DNA from: Escherichia coli
Lineage (GTDB): Bacteria > Pseudomonadota > Gammaproteobacteria > Enterobacterales > Enterobacteriaceae
Reading direction: 5' to 3' (one strand)
Assembly: GCF_024502345.1 (NCBI RefSeq)
Contig: NZ_JALDNN010000001.1
Length of the DNA stretch: 64,000 nucleotides
Part shown: in pieces, positions 21,648 through 36,696 of the stretch
Numbering within the stretch: the first letter of the stretch is position 1
Layout: every line of letters begins with the position of its first letter
Position numbers and translations under genes: made by a program
The notes under the pieces: generated by a model
The model's database searches: none
The model's input: the letters and a program-made list of their open reading frames with translations, nothing else
Told to the model about the DNA's origin: nothing

Positions 21648-21760
21648 GAATCTAATATTATTAAACTATTACCTGAACTAACTTTTCACACATCATAAAA
21701 TGGATATGGCATACATGCTTTATTGGGATGTATAAATATCCAGAACAGCAGGTATAAAAA

Positions 21761-23083
21761 ATGGGATTAATGGCCTCATTCGAACGTGGAATGGAACGTT
21801 TTCTTGTTCCAGTTGCTATCAAGTTAAACTCACAAAAACATGTTGCAGCGGTGAGAGATGGATTCGTTTTTACGTTTCCAATTATCATGGCAAGTTCATT
21901 AATTATATTAATTAACTTTGCCATATTATCGCCAGACGGTTTTATTGCCGGATTACTGCATCTGAACAGCATTTTCCCCAACCTTGAAAAAGCACAAGCT
22001 ATTTTTACTCCGGTAATGAATGGTTCTGTAAATATCATGTCAATTATGATTGCTTTCCTGGTCGCCAGAAATATGGCGATTAGCTATGAGCAAGATGATC
22101 TTTTATGCGGATTAACGGCAATAGGAGCATTTTTTATTGTTTATACACCATATCAGATGATAGATGGACAAGCATTCCTGACGACCAAATATCTCGGCGC
22201 GCAGGGGTTGTTTGTTGCTGTTATCGTTGCATTGATCACCAGTGAAATATTTTGTCGCTTAGCTCGAAACCCAAAAATCACCATAACGATGCCGGCAGCT
22301 GTACCTCCTGCGGTAGCGCGTTCATTTAAAGTTTTATTGCCAATATTTTTTGTTATGGTGTTCTTTTCCGCACTTAATTATTGCCTGACACTGATATCCC
22401 CGGCAGGATTAAACGATCTCATTTACACATTAATCCAGACGCCGCTCAAACATATGGGAACGAATATCTTTGCGGTAATTATCCTGGGGGCTGTGGGTAA
22501 TTTCCTCTGGGTGCTGGAGATCCACGGACCTAATACCACGTCGGCAATTCGAGAAACCGTTTTTTCTGAGGCTAATCTGGAGAATCTCTCCTGGGCCGCT
22601 CAACACGGCACTACCTGGGGCGCGCCATATCCGATTACCTGGACTTCTATTAATGATGCATTCGCCAACTGCGGCGGTTCAGGTATGACGTTGGGGTTAT
22701 TGTTGGCTATTTTTATCGCATCTAAGCGTGCGGAATACCGTGATCTGGCAAAAATGTCATTTATCCCCGGTATTTTCAATATCAATGAACCGATAATGTT
22801 CGGCCTTCCTATTGTACTTAACCCCATTATGATGGTGCCGTTTATTCTGGTTCCCATTGTTAACTGTGCCATTGGTTACTTCATTGTTTCGATGGAAATT
22901 ATTCCACCGGTTGCTTATGCCGTGCCCTGGACTACGCCCGGACCTTTAATTGCTTTCCTCGGAACCGGGGGAAACTGGCTGGCGTTACTGGTTGGTTTTT
23001 TATGTTTAGGTGTGGCGACAATGATCTATTTACCTTTTGTTATTGCCGCCAACAAGGTCAATAACTTAACAACTAACGGATAA
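21761..23083 (+). CDS. PTS lactose/cellobiose-family EIIC permease
   Basis: 440-aa polytopic membrane ORF immediately after EIIB; family assignment by resemblance to ChbC/CelB-type EIIC. Confidence 0.8.
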   Translation: MGLMASFERGMERFLVPVAIKLNSQKHVAAVRDGFVFTFPIIMASSLIILINFAILSPDGFIAGLLHLNSIFPNLEKAQAIFTPVMNGSVNIMSIMIAFLVARNMAISYEQDDLLCGLTAIGAFFIVYTPYQMIDGQAFLTTKYLGAQGLFVAVIVALITSEIFCRLARNPKITITMPAAVPPAVARSFKVLLPIFFVMVFFSALNYCLTLISPAGLNDLIYTLIQTPLKHMGTNIFAVIILGAVGNFLWVLEIHGPNTTSAIRETVFSEANLENLSWAAQHGTTWGAPYPITWTSINDAFANCGGSGMTLGLLLAIFIASKRAEYRDLAKMSFIPGIFNINEPIMFGLPIVLNPIMMVPFILVPIVNCAIGYFIVSMEIIPPVAYAVPWTTPGPLIAFLGTGGNWLALLVGFLCLGVATMIYLPFVIAANKVNNLTTNG

Positions 23084-23104
23084 TCCCATTTACACAGAAA
23101 GGAG

Positions 23105-23422
23105 ATGTTGATGTTTGCAGATGAAGAACTTGTTATGGAGTTACTGGTCAACGCGGGACAGGCTCGTTCTGATGCGATGGAAGCCATACGTTGTGCCGGG
23201 AAAAAAGACTGGCAGGGCGCAACTCAGCTAATGGCCAGTTCTGAATCTGCCTGTCTTCAGGCACATAAGATTCAGACCGCGTTAATTAGTCAGGATGAAG
23301 GCTGTGGCAAAATAAAAGTTAATTTAATTCTGGTACATGCACAGGATCATTTGATGAATGCGATGTTATGCCAGGATTTAGCCAGGGAAATTATTTCATT
23401 AAGAAAAGAACTCCATGCCTGA
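23105..23422 (+). CDS. PTS lactose/cellobiose-family EIIA component
   Basis: 105-aa ORF with ...LVHAQDHLM... region resembling ChbA; start codon (23105 vs 23111) uncertain. Confidence 0.8.
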   Translation: MLMFADEELVMELLVNAGQARSDAMEAIRCAGKKDWQGATQLMASSESACLQAHKIQTALISQDEGCGKIKVNLILVHAQDHLMNAMLCQDLAREIISLRKELHA

Positions 23423-23468
23423 ATTTTTCCTCCAGTGCGTTAGCTGGAGGAAACTATTACACTCTTAA

Positions 23469-26615
<3,147 letters not shown>

Positions 26616-26671
26616 GACTTCAGGAAGATATTACGGAGATGTCAGGCTCTGTGATCAGAGCCTGACAATAA

Positions 26672-26890
26672 CTACATAGCGTGTTGATTATAATAGGGCA
26701 CGCCGAGCGCATCCGACTTATCACTGCCAGTACCCATGTGATTTAAATCAAACGGTGGTTGTTCCTGCGATGGGGGAACAACCACGACATTGGCACAGGA
26801 AGTAACAACTGGCTGCGTGGTTTGTTCCGCAACGCCCTGCGCGGAAAAGAGAATAAGCGCAGCTGCTATTGCGGATAAAAGCGGTTTCAT
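26672..26890 (-). CDS. marB: multiple antibiotic resistance protein MarB (periplasmic)
   Basis: 72-aa ORF MKPLLSAIAAALILFSAQGVAEQTTQPVVTSCANVVVVPP... Confidence 0.9.
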   Translation of the reverse strand: MKPLLSAIAAALILFSAQGVAEQTTQPVVTSCANVVVVPPSQEQPPFDLNHMGTGSDKSDALGVPYYNQHAM

Positions 26891-26921
26891 AATTGCCTCA
26901 GTGACGTTGTCACGTTTTCAA

Positions 26922-27311
26922 CTAGCTGTTGTAATGATTTAATGGATGTAAAAAGCGCGATTCGCCCTGCATATTGGTCATCCGGTATTTATGTGGCGGG
27001 ACATCAAAGTAATTTTTGAAGGTTCGGGTCAGAGTTTGTTGCGACTCGAAGCCATATCGTTCTGCCAGATAGAGTATTGGCTCGTTACTTTCCTTCAGCT
27101 TTTGCGCGATTTCCGTCATCTTACGGCTGCGGATGTATTGGCCTAATGAATGACCGGTTTCTTTTTTAAACATCCGTTGCAGGTGCCATTTGGAGTAACC
27201 CGAACGCTCTGACACTTTCTCCAGTGACAGTGGCGATTCCAGGTTGTCCTCGATCCAGTCCAAAATGCTATGAATGGTAATAGCGTCAGTATTGCGTCTG
27301 GACATCGTCAT
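26922..27311 (-). CDS. marA: AraC/XylS-family transcriptional activator MarA
   Basis: ORF 26922..27356; Met at 27311 gives [64 protein letters not shown]... Confidence 0.9.
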
Positions 27312-27324
27312 ACCTCTTTTTTGT

Positions 27325-27759
27325 TTACGGCAGGACTTTCTTAAGCAAATGCTCAAGTGTTGCCACTTCGTCCGCCGTCAGGTTTTTTGTTAATTCTTGA
27401 TGCAGGTCCTGGCCAACTAATTGATGGCATTGTTCGCATATTGCCGCGCCGCTGGTGGTAAGTTTTACCAGTACGCCGCGCTTATCATTCGGGTTCGGCA
27501 ACCTTTCAACCCAGCCTTTACAGACCAGGCGATCCAGCATACGGGTCAGTGCTCCCAGGTCGACCGACAACACTTTTTTCAGTTCAACCGGAGTAATACA
27601 CGCCGCGCAGCGGATAGAGCAGAGCACCTTAAACTGTGCCGCAGTAATATCCAGCGGAGACAGATACTCGTTAAGCAGACGATCTTTTTTCTGATTAACC
27701 ATATGGATTAAGCGACCCAATGGAATAATTTCATTGAACAGATCGCTGGTACTTTTCAC
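27325..27759 (-). CDS. marR: MarR-family repressor of marRAB
   Basis: 144-aa [54 protein letters not shown]... Confidence 0.9.
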
Positions 27760-27760
27760 A

Positions 27761-27815
27761 TTAGTTGCCCTGGCAAGTAATTAGTTGCAGAGGATAATAT
27801 TGCCCAGGCAAGTAT
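27761..27815 (-). promoter_or_regulatory. marO operator: two MarR-binding palindromes (TTGCC-N-GGCAA type)
   Basis: attagttgccctggcaagtaat (27761..27782) and aatattgcccaggcaagta (27797..27815) immediately upstream of marR; marbox-like atgccacgttttgctaaatc further upstream (~27830..27850). Confidence 0.7.
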
Positions 27816-27970
27816 AAGTCAAATGAATGAATTGACCGATGCCACGTTTTGCTAAATCGGTTCAAGTTTTGGTCAATGCGATGCAAGGTTAGCTAAAGAG
27901 TGACACTTTATCCTTGTTTACCCCTTATACTTTTCGCTGATAACCCAGATACACAGGATAACAACCACCA

Positions 27971-28636
27971 ATGTTAGATTTGTTTAAAGCAATTGGCCTG
28001 GGGCTGGTGGTGTTACTGCCGTTAGCTAACCCATTAACAACTGTCGCGTTATTTCTTGGCCTGGCAGGCAACATGAACAGTGCCGAACGTAATCGTCAGT
28101 CGTTGATGGCCTCGGTGTACGTCTTTGCCATCATGATGGTGGCGTATTACGCCGGGCAACTGGTGATGGATACATTTGGCATTTCGATTCCCGGTCTGCG
28201 AATTGCAGGCGGCTTAATCGTCGCGTTTATCGGTTTTCGGATGCTCTTTCCGCAACAGAAAGCGATTGATTCACCGGAAGCGAAAAGCAAGTCGGAAGAG
28301 CTGGAAGATGAACCCAGCGCCAATATTGCTTTTGTACCACTGGCAATGCCAAGTACCGCCGGTCCGGGAACCATTGCAATGATTATTAGCTCGGCGTCCA
28401 CAGTGCGTCAGAGTTCAACCTTCGCTGATTGGGTACTGATGGTTGCGCCGCCGCTGATCTTTTTCCTGGTGGCGGTTATTTTGTGGGGAAGTCTACGCAG
28501 CTCTGGCGCAATTATGCGGCTGGTGGGCAAGGGTGGCATTGAAGCGATCTCCCGCTTGATGGGGTTCCTGCTGGTATGTATGGGTGTACAGTTTATTATT
28601 AACGGCATCCTGGAAATCATTAAAACGTATCATTAA
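27971..28636 (+). CDS. marC: MarC-family inner-membrane protein
   Basis: 221-aa [46 protein letters not shown]... Confidence 0.9.
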   Translation: MLDLFKAIGLGLVVLLPLANPLTTVALFLGLAGNMNSAERNRQSLMASVYVFAIMMVAYYAGQLVMDTFGISIPGLRIAGGLIVAFIGFRMLFPQQKAIDSPEAKSKSEELEDEPSANIAFVPLAMPSTAGPGTIAMIISSASTVRQSSTFADWVLMVAPPLIFFLVAVILWGSLRSSGAIMRLVGKGGIEAISRLMGFLLVCMGVQFIINGILEIIKTYH

Positions 28637-28660
28637 AAAAGGCCCGAATGGGCCTTTCAA
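28635..28660. terminator. bidirectional intrinsic terminator between marC and sotB (ggccc-gaat-gggcc flanked by A-run and T-run)
   Basis: aaaaaaggcccgaatgggcctttc. Confidence 0.6.
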
Positions 28661-29851
28661 CTATTGCGTCTGTTCTTCGAGTGTCACTGGCCAGCGGCGA
28701 AATATAATGATTGACCATATTAACGCGGCAAAAGCAGGCACCGCGCCCACATAACCAATCATCGACATTGACCAGTGCAGACTCACCTGATTACCTACCA
28801 ACGCACCCGCCCCGATTCCAATATTAAATATCCCGGAGAATAGCGCCATCGCGACGTCGGTGGCATCTGGTGCCAGCGCCAGTACTTTAACCTGCATACC
28901 AAGCCCGATGATCATCATCGCGATCCCCCAGAAAATACTCAGCACCCCGAGGTGTATTTCACTGTTCGCCGCAGGTAGCAGCAGTGCCAGGCACACCAGC
29001 AACAGCGCAATCGCCGTACTTACCAACGCAGACGCATATTGATTACCCAGTTTACCGAAAATCACGCTGCCAATAATGCCCGCACCACCGAGTAATAACA
29101 GTAATGCCGTGGCAAAGTTGGCGCTGAATCCCGCAATGTTTTGCACAAAAGGCTCAATATAGCTGTATGCCGTGTAATGGGCGGTGACAACCACCACAGT
29201 TAACAAATAAATGCTCATCAATGCCGGGCGGCGGAACAATAGCGGGAGGCTTTTCAATGAACCGGAATGCTCACTGGGCAGTAAGGGAAGTAACTTAATC
29301 AGGCACAAAAGGGTAACAAGCGCCCCGATACCAATCGCGAAGAAGGTCATTCGCCAACCGAAATACTGCCCCACAATGCGCCCGAGAGGTAATCCTAATA
29401 CCATTGCCAGTGCTGTACCTGTGGCAATTAAACTCAATGCCTGTGCTCGCTTCCCGGCCGGAGCCATACGGATCGCCAGGGACGCCGTAATCGACCAGAA
29501 AATCGCATGTGCAAAAGCCACACCAATGCGACTGATCACCAGAACGGTAAAGCTCCACGATAAAAACGACAGTACGTGGCTGGCAATAAACACCACAAAC
29601 AGGCAGATCAGTAATTTGCGCCGTTCAACCTGGCTGGTCATTAGCATAAAAGGCAATGACATTAGCGCTACTACCCATGCGTAAATGGTCAACATAATGC
29701 CGACCTGAGCGGTTTGCATGTGAAAACTTTGCGCAATGTCAGAGAGTAGGCCAACAGGGACAAATTCGGTGGTGTTGAAGATGAAGGCGGCGACTGCCAG
29801 CGTAACGACCCGTAGCCACGCCACTTTGCGGGAAACAGTGTTTGTTGTCAT
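28661..29851 (-). CDS. sotB: MFS sugar efflux transporter SotB (YdeA)
   Basis: 396-aa 12-TM ORF; position between marC and yneK. Confidence 0.85.
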   Translation of the reverse strand: MTTNTVSRKVAWLRVVTLAVAAFIFNTTEFVPVGLLSDIAQSFHMQTAQVGIMLTIYAWVVALMSLPFMLMTSQVERRKLLICLFVVFIASHVLSFLSWSFTVLVISRIGVAFAHAIFWSITASLAIRMAPAGKRAQALSLIATGTALAMVLGLPLGRIVGQYFGWRMTFFAIGIGALVTLLCLIKLLPLLPSEHSGSLKSLPLLFRRPALMSIYLLTVVVVTAHYTAYSYIEPFVQNIAGFSANFATALLLLLGGAGIIGSVIFGKLGNQYASALVSTAIALLLVCLALLLPAANSEIHLGVLSIFWGIAMMIIGLGMQVKVLALAPDATDVAMALFSGIFNIGIGAGALVGNQVSLHWSMSMIGYVGAVPAFAALIWSIIIFRRWPVTLEEQTQ

Positions 29852-30000
29852 AACAGATTATCGGGTGAGTTGCGAAAAAGTGATGAAATGATCTTAAAAC
29901 GGTTAATGATGTGAATACAATGCATTTGTGATCTGGATCGCGTTTTCCGTTTCTCTGACGCTGATTCTTTCACGCGTCAGAGAGTCGGTCACATCACGGT

Positions 30001-31116
30001 TTAATGACGTTCAGGGAGGTCTGGCGTTTTGGAGGTTGCGGGTATAGGTGGTCTGACAGGGGAGCGAGGCCTGTTTTTCACCAGGTCTTCATGAGTAACT
30101 TTTGGCGGCGTTTCATTTTTTACAAAAAGTTTGAGGGTCTTGCGCGCCATATGTTTGATAATTTTATCATCACTTAATGATGCTGGCATCAACACGTCAT
30201 TCAAATCACTTTCATTGGGATTCATAAATTGGTGATAGTGCAATAACATATTGGCGAAAAATAAAAACAAGTCCTGAAAATGTGGAAAATCTTGTTCTGC
30301 TAAAAGGGATAAAAAGCAGATGCAGACTTCGGGTAGTACATGTTTGTTAGAACCTAATGAATCCATCAGGCTTTGCAATAAATCCTCTTTTAATTCGCTG
30401 TCCGTTATGTCGAGAATGGCGGTGATCAAGTTAGGATCTTTATTGACGAACCATCTGTGAACCTCAGAGTTATTCCATAATCGGGGGAGTATGACAAAAT
30501 TACCGCGAGAGATAAAATTCAGGACAAGCAAATCAAACTGGCGTAAGTAATCTGCAGCGGTATGGTGATCCGGAGGCAGGGGGTCAATATGTGGTGTATG
30601 CGCTCTTTTGATGGGAACGCCAGGGTTGATCATTGGAAATTGTTCAATAAAATCATTCAGAAACAGAAAGAGCACACGCTCGACGCCGGTCTGAAATACG
30701 CGCCCCATAGTGACAGGCTTTGGGTTGGGAGCGCAAAAAATATTAATTTCTCCATCATGGCGGAAATTATCTAAATAAATAGGGCTTAAATTTATTACTA
30801 CCTGAAATTCAATATTTTCTTTGTGTCTTCCATTCCTGGCGGGATAAGTGAGTTTAAACTGAACCTTTTCATTGTATAGCGTGTCGTTACCCCGAAAAGA
30901 AGTCCTCTGAATATATGATAAGTTGTCAAGGTTATTAAATATCTTTTTTGTGGCTGAGTTGATGTTTAAAGACGTGCGCCACTCTTCATCACATATTATT
31001 GTACTAAGTGCATCAATAAAATCCTTTAAAACTTCTTTTACCTGAGGTGCAATATTACGAACGGGAAAATCATCAGGAAGAGATATGTAATTGCTGATGC
31101 TTACTGGCGTAACCAT
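30001..31116 (-). CDS. yneK: uncharacterised protein YneK
   Basis: 371-aa ORF at the K-12 yneK position; no recognisable catalytic motif. Confidence 0.7.
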   Translation of the reverse strand: MVTPVSISNYISLPDDFPVRNIAPQVKEVLKDFIDALSTIICDEEWRTSLNINSATKKIFNNLDNLSYIQRTSFRGNDTLYNEKVQFKLTYPARNGRHKENIEFQVVINLSPIYLDNFRHDGEINIFCAPNPKPVTMGRVFQTGVERVLFLFLNDFIEQFPMINPGVPIKRAHTPHIDPLPPDHHTAADYLRQFDLLVLNFISRGNFVILPRLWNNSEVHRWFVNKDPNLITAILDITDSELKEDLLQSLMDSLGSNKHVLPEVCICFLSLLAEQDFPHFQDLFLFFANMLLHYHQFMNPNESDLNDVLMPASLSDDKIIKHMARKTLKLFVKNETPPKVTHEDLVKNRPRSPVRPPIPATSKTPDLPERH

Positions 31117-31193
31117 ATTTGCCCCATATAGTCATAAGTCATCGGAACATCACTATATAGAGCATATTAGCCGCAAGAACTATCAAAAATAGC

Positions 31194-32075
31194 TCATTGG
31201 TAACCCTGTTTTGTCGAGTCAGGCACATCCAGTAGTTGAATAAATGCCTCGAGCGGACGCGTTTTCGCACCACGACGCCAGACCAGCCAGGTTGTTAGCC
31301 AACGCCATTGCTCAGCTAACGGCCACGCTTCAACCTGGTGATGCCCCGGCATACTTTCCAGCATAGAGCGCGGAATAAGCGCAATGCCTGCTCCTGCGAC
31401 TACACAGGCCAACATTCCGTGATAAGACTCCATCTCATGGATAGTTCCCGGAGCGGCACCGTCAGCATGAAACCAGCTCTCGAAGTGGCGACGATACGAA
31501 CAATTGGCGCGGAAGGCATAAATGTTACTGCCATTAACCTGACTGGCACGGATTACTGGCGCATGACCTTGTGGCGTGACGATCATCAGCTCCTCGCGGT
31601 ATACCGGTATCCCGTCAATGGCAGTATGGTTAATGGGTCCATCAATAAACGCCGCATTAAGTTTTCCCTCCAGCACACCTTCCAGCATAGTGCCGGAAGG
31701 GCCGGTGGAAAGTGAAAACTGAATTTTGGGATAACGACGGTTGAATTCCGCCAGCGTGGCCGGAATGCGCACTGCTGCGGTGCTTTCCAGCGAACCCAGA
31801 GAAAATAAACCTTGCGGCTCATCGCCAGCGACAACGCTCCGCGCTTCATCCACTAACGCGAGAATTTGTTGGCTATAGCGTAAAAAGTTATGCCCGGCAG
31901 GAGATAGACGTAAACGCTGATTCTCGCGAATAAACAGATCTACCCCCAGTTCTGTTTCCAGCTGGCGTAGACGGGTAGTGAGATTCGACGGCACGCGATG
32001 CACTATTGCTGCAGCCTGCGTAATGCTGCTAGCTTCGGCAACCGCGTTGAACATCTCCAGTTGGGTCAGATCCAT
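31194..32075 (-). CDS. yneJ: LysR-family transcriptional regulator YneJ
   Basis: 293-aa ORF; N-terminal [43 protein letters not shown]; divergent from sad. Confidence 0.85.
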   Translation of the reverse strand: MDLTQLEMFNAVAEASSITQAAAIVHRVPSNLTTRLRQLETELGVDLFIRENQRLRLSPAGHNFLRYSQQILALVDEARSVVAGDEPQGLFSLGSLESTAAVRIPATLAEFNRRYPKIQFSLSTGPSGTMLEGVLEGKLNAAFIDGPINHTAIDGIPVYREELMIVTPQGHAPVIRASQVNGSNIYAFRANCSYRRHFESWFHADGAAPGTIHEMESYHGMLACVVAGAGIALIPRSMLESMPGHHQVEAWPLAEQWRWLTTWLVWRRGAKTRPLEAFIQLLDVPDSTKQGYQ

Positions 32076-32175
32076 AATATTCTCGATTCGTGAATAAGTG
32101 GCTTAATATTATTCATTTTAAAGCAAGAGTAAATCTGCGTATCTTCATACCATGACTCATAAAGGAGATACCCCG

Positions 32176-33564
32176 ATGACCATTACTCCGGCAACTCATG
32201 CAATTTCGATAAATCCTGCCACGGGTGAACAACTTTCTGTGCTGCCGTGGGCTGGCGCTGATGATATCGAAAACGCACTTCAGCTGGCGGCAGCAGGCTT
32301 TCGTGACTGGCGCGAGACAAATATAGATTATCGTGCTGAAAAACTGCGTGATATCGGTAAGGCTCTGCGCGCCCGTAGCGAAGAAATGGCGCAAATGATC
32401 ACCCGCGAAATGGGCAAACCAATCAACCAGGCGCGCGCTGAAGTGGCGAAATCGGCGAATTTGTGTGACTGGTATGCAGAACATGGTCCGGCAATGCTGA
32501 AGGCGGAACCTACGCTGGTGGAAAATCAGCAGGCAGTTATTGAGTATCGACCGTTGGGGACGATTCTGGCGATTATGCCGTGGAATTTTCCGTTATGGCA
32601 GGTGATGCGTGGCGCTGTTCCCATCATTCTTGCAGGTAACGGCTACTTACTTAAACATGCGCCGAATGTGATGGGCTGTGCACAGCTCATTGCCCAGGTA
32701 TTTAAAGATGCGGGAATCCCACAAGGCGTATATGGCTGGCTGAATGCCCACAACGACGGTGTCAGTCAGATGATTAAAGACTCGCGCATTGCTGCTGTCA
32801 CGGTGACCGGAAGTGTTCGTGCGGGAGCGGCTATTGGTGCACAGGCTGGAGCGGCACTGAAAAAATGCGTACTGGAACTGGGCGGTTCGGATCCATTTAT
32901 TGTGCTTAACGATGCCGATCTGGAACTGGCGGTTAAAGCGGCGGTAGCCGGACGTTATCAGAATACCGGACAGGTTTGTGCAGCGGCAAAACGCTTTATT
33001 ATCGAAGAGGGAATTGCTTCGGCATTTACCGAACGTTTTGTGGCAGCTGCGGCAGCCTTGAAAATGGGCGATCCCCGTGACGAAGAGAACGCTCTCGGAC
33101 CAATGGCTCGTTTCGATTTACGTGATGAGCTGCATCATCAGGTGGAGAAAACCCTGGCGCAGGGTGCGCGTTTGTTACTGGGCGGGGAAAAGATGGCTGG
33201 GGCAGGTAACTACTATCCGCCAACGGTTCTGGCGAATGTTACCCCAGAAATGACCGCGTTTCGGGAAGAAATGTTTGGCCCCGTTGCGGCAATCACCGTT
33301 GCGAAATATGCAGAACATGCGCTGGAACTGGCTAATGATAGTGAGTTCGGCCTTTCAGCGACCATTTTTACCACCGACGAAACACAGGCCAGACAGATGG
33401 CGGCACGTCTGGAATGCGGTGGGGTGTTTATCAATGGTTATTGTGCCAGCGATGCGCGAGTGGCCTTTGGTGGCGTGAAAAAGAGTGGCTTTGGTCGTGA
33501 GCTTTCCCATTTCGGATTACACGAATTCTGTAATATCCAGACGGTGTGGAAAGACCGGATCTGA
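32176..33564 (+). CDS. sad: NAD-dependent succinate-semialdehyde dehydrogenase Sad (YneI)
   Basis: ORF 32152..33564; Met at 32176 gives 462-aa [20 protein letters not shown]...; aldehyde dehydrogenase ELGG and catalytic Cys motifs. Confidence 0.9.
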   Translation: MTITPATHAISINPATGEQLSVLPWAGADDIENALQLAAAGFRDWRETNIDYRAEKLRDIGKALRARSEEMAQMITREMGKPINQARAEVAKSANLCDWYAEHGPAMLKAEPTLVENQQAVIEYRPLGTILAIMPWNFPLWQVMRGAVPIILAGNGYLLKHAPNVMGCAQLIAQVFKDAGIPQGVYGWLNAHNDGVSQMIKDSRIAAVTVTGSVRAGAAIGAQAGAALKKCVLELGGSDPFIVLNDADLELAVKAAVAGRYQNTGQVCAAAKRFIIEEGIASAFTERFVAAAAALKMGDPRDEENALGPMARFDLRDELHHQVEKTLAQGARLLLGGEKMAGAGNYYPPTVLANVTPEMTAFREEMFGPVAAITVAKYAEHALELANDSEFGLSATIFTTDETQARQMAARLECGGVFINGYCASDARVAFGGVKKSGFGRELSHFGLHEFCNIQTVWKDRI

Positions 33565-33627
33565 CGCGACATATTCAGCTCTGATATACTCGCAGGTCTT
33601 TTCAGACCTGCGGTCCAGGAGTAGAAA

Positions 33628-34554
33628 GTGGCAGTCGCCATGGATAATGCAATTTTAGAAAACATCTTGCGGCAAGTGCGGCCGCTCATTGGTCAGGGTA
33701 AAGTCGCGGATTATATTCCGGCGCTGGCTACAGTAGACGGTTCCCGATTGGGCATTGCTATCTGTACCGTTGACGGACAGCTTTTTCAGGCCGGAGACGC
33801 GCAAGAACGTTTTTCCATTCAGTCTATTTCTAAAGTGCTGAGTCTCGTTGTCGCCATGCGTCATTACTCCGAAGAGGAAATCTGGCAACGCGTCGGCAAA
33901 GATCCGTCTGGATCACCGTTCAATTCTTTAGTGCAACTGGAAATGGAGCAGGGTATTCCGCGTAATCCGTTTATTAATGCTGGTGCGCTGGTGGTCTGCG
34001 ATATGTTGCAAGGGCGATTAAGCGCACCACGGCAACGTATGCTGGAAGTCGTGCGCGGCTTAAGCGGTGTGTCTGATATTTCCTACGATACGGTGGTAGC
34101 GCGTTCCGAATTTGAACATTCCGCGCGAAATGCGGCTATCGCCTGGCTGATGAAGTCGTTTGGCAATTTCCATCATGACGTGACAACCGTTCTGCAAAAC
34201 TATTTTCATTACTGCGCTCTGAAAATGAGCTGTGTAGAGCTGGCCCGGACGTTTGTCTTTCTGGCTAATCAGGGGAAAGCTATTCATATTGATGAACCTG
34301 TGGTGACGCCAATGCAGGCACGGCAAATTAACGCGCTGATGGCGACCAGTGGTATGTACCAGAACGCGGGGGAGTTTGCCTGGCGGGTGGGACTACCGGC
34401 GAAATCTGGCGTTGGTGGCGGTATTGTGGCGATTGTTCCGCATGAAATGGCCATCGCAGTCTGGAGTCCGGAACTGGATGATGCAGGTAACTCGCTTGCG
34501 GGTATCGCCGTCCTTGAACAATTGACGAAACAGTTAGGGCGTTCGGTTTATTAA
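33628..34554 (+). CDS. glsB: glutaminase 2
   Basis: 308-aa [37 protein letters not shown]... serine-dependent glutaminase family. Confidence 0.9.
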   Translation: MAVAMDNAILENILRQVRPLIGQGKVADYIPALATVDGSRLGIAICTVDGQLFQAGDAQERFSIQSISKVLSLVVAMRHYSEEEIWQRVGKDPSGSPFNSLVQLEMEQGIPRNPFINAGALVVCDMLQGRLSAPRQRMLEVVRGLSGVSDISYDTVVARSEFEHSARNAAIAWLMKSFGNFHHDVTTVLQNYFHYCALKMSCVELARTFVFLANQGKAIHIDEPVVTPMQARQINALMATSGMYQNAGEFAWRVGLPAKSGVGGGIVAIVPHEMAIAVWSPELDDAGNSLAGIAVLEQLTKQLGRSVY

Positions 34555-34913
34555 TGCAGTCTCTCGATCCACTCTTCGCGCGTTTATCCCGTTCAAAATT
34601 TCGATCTCGCTTTCGTTTGGGCATGAAAGAGCGTCAGTATTGTCTGGATAAAGGTGCGCCAGTCATCGAACAACATGCAGCAGATTTTGTCGCTAAACGT
34701 CTTGCTCCGGCATTACCGGCTAATGACGGTAAGCAAACCCCCATGCGCGGGCATCCGGTGTTTATCGCTCAGCACGCCACTGCAACCTGTTGTCGCGGTT
34801 GTCTGGCTAAGTGGCATAACATTCCGCAGGGTGTTTCGTTAAGCGAGCAACAACAACATTATATCGTGGCGGTAATCTATTACTGGCTGGTTATACAGAT
34901 GAATCAGCCATGA
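34554..34913 (+). CDS. yneG: uncharacterised protein YneG (DUF4186)
   Basis: 119-aa ORF, stop/start overlap with glsB. Confidence 0.75.
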   Translation: MQSLDPLFARLSRSKFRSRFRLGMKERQYCLDKGAPVIEQHAADFVAKRLAPALPANDGKQTPMRGHPVFIAQHATATCCRGCLAKWHNIPQGVSLSEQQQHYIVAVIYYWLVIQMNQP

Positions 34914-35051
34914 TAATTGCGGAAAACGATAAAATAGCATTCCCAGGGTACCTTTATTTGCCGCCGCTGTCAGCGAACATGCTATCCTTTATGAGAATTT
35001 ACTTATTACGTTGAGATAATTGCCACCCGCAATTGTATGGACAGATAATTA

Positions 35052-36470
35052 ATGCATGTACACCCCATTTCAACTTTCCGTTTGTTCCAGGAAGGTCATC
35101 TGCTACGTAATAGCATCGCTATTTTTGCGCTAACCACGCTGTTCTATTTTATTGGTGCAGAGTTACGGCTGGTTCACGAACTTTCTCTTTTCTGGCCGCT
35201 GAATGGCGTAATGGCGGGGGTGTTTGCCCGCTATGTCTGGCTTAATCGACTGCATTACTATGCGATCAGTTATGTGGCGATGCTGGTTTATGATGCCATA
35301 ACCACCGAATGGGGACTGGTTTCACTGGCTATCAATTTCTCCAATATGATGTTTATTGTTACCGTCGCCTTACTGGTCGTGCGGGATAAGCGTCTGGGGA
35401 AAAATAAGTATGAGCCAGTAAGTGCCTTACGGCTATTTAATTACTGTCTGATTGCCGCATTATTATGCGCTATTGTCGGGGCGATTGGTTCGGTCAGTAT
35501 TGATAGTCTGGATTTCTGGCCCTTGCTTGCCGACTGGTTCAGTGAGCAATTCTCAACGGGCGTGTTGATCGTGCCTTGTATGCTGACGTTGGCAATTCCT
35601 GGAGTGCTGCCGCGCTTTAAAGCAGAACAGATGATGCCCGCCATCGCGCTTATTGTGTCGGTTATTGCCTCGGTAGTCATTGGCGGAGCGGGGAGTCTGG
35701 CGTTCCCGCTGCCTGCATTAATCTGGTGTGCAGTGCGCTATACGCCGCAGGTAACATGTATGTTGACCTTTGTTACCGGTGCGGTGGAAATCGTACCGGT
35801 GGCTAATTCGGTGATTGATATCTCGGTCGGTTCGCCGTTCTCCATTCCGGAAATGTTCTCCGCACGTCTCGGTATTGCCACGATGGCGATATGCCCAATT
35901 ATGGTTTCTTTTAGCGTGGCAGCGATCAATTCGCTAATGAAGCAAGTTGCGCTGCGAGCCGACTTTGATTTTCTGACTCAGGTTTACTCACGGTCCGGTC
36001 TTTATGAGGCGCTGAAAAGTCCATCGCTGAAACAGACACAACATCTGACTGTCATGCTGCTTGATATCGACTATTTCAAAAGTATTAACGATAACTATGG
36101 ACATGAATGTGGCGATAAAGTGTTAAGCGTGTTTGCCCGGCATATTCAGAAGATTGTCGGTGATAAGGGGCTGGTGGCGCGCATGGGCGGCGAAGAATTT
36201 GCTGTTGCAGTGCCGTCAGTGAATCCTGTCGATGGTCTGCTAATGGCGGAAAAAATCCGTAAAGGCGTTGAACTGCAACCATTCACCTGGCAACAAAAAA
36301 CGCTTTATCTCACGGTAAGTATTGGCGTCGGTAGTGGTCGCGCATCGTACCGAACGCTTACCGATGACTTTAATAAATTGATGGTCGAAGCCGATACCTG
36401 TCTGTATCGCTCGAAGAAAGATGGGCGCAACCGTACCAGCACTATGCGTTACGGGGAGGAAGTTGTCTGA
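35052..36470 (+). CDS. dgcF: membrane-anchored diguanylate cyclase DgcF (YneF), GGDEF domain
   Basis: 472-aa ORF; N-terminal multi-TM sensor region, C-terminal GGDEF with RMGGEEFAV motif. Confidence 0.8.
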   Translation: MHVHPISTFRLFQEGHLLRNSIAIFALTTLFYFIGAELRLVHELSLFWPLNGVMAGVFARYVWLNRLHYYAISYVAMLVYDAITTEWGLVSLAINFSNMMFIVTVALLVVRDKRLGKNKYEPVSALRLFNYCLIAALLCAIVGAIGSVSIDSLDFWPLLADWFSEQFSTGVLIVPCMLTLAIPGVLPRFKAEQMMPAIALIVSVIASVVIGGAGSLAFPLPALIWCAVRYTPQVTCMLTFVTGAVEIVPVANSVIDISVGSPFSIPEMFSARLGIATMAICPIMVSFSVAAINSLMKQVALRADFDFLTQVYSRSGLYEALKSPSLKQTQHLTVMLLDIDYFKSINDNYGHECGDKVLSVFARHIQKIVGDKGLVARMGGEEFAVAVPSVNPVDGLLMAEKIRKGVELQPFTWQQKTLYLTVSIGVGSGRASYRTLTDDFNKLMVEADTCLYRSKKDGRNRTSTMRYGEEVV

Positions 36471-36696
36471 CATCTTTATTCATTCAGAGCGTTTTAAATG
36501 CAATGTGTTCTACCACTTTATGTTCGAAGAAAAGGCGTATTTCCTCAATTAAACCATGATCCGCGCCACACTTTTCTCATAAAACTGCTCATTAATCATC
36601 AGGAGTTGATCAAAACAGGGGTTCGGCGTATTAAAGTTTGCTAACCTGTCGTACCAATTTAAACAGGTTGTATGACTAATCAGAAGGGAACCCATT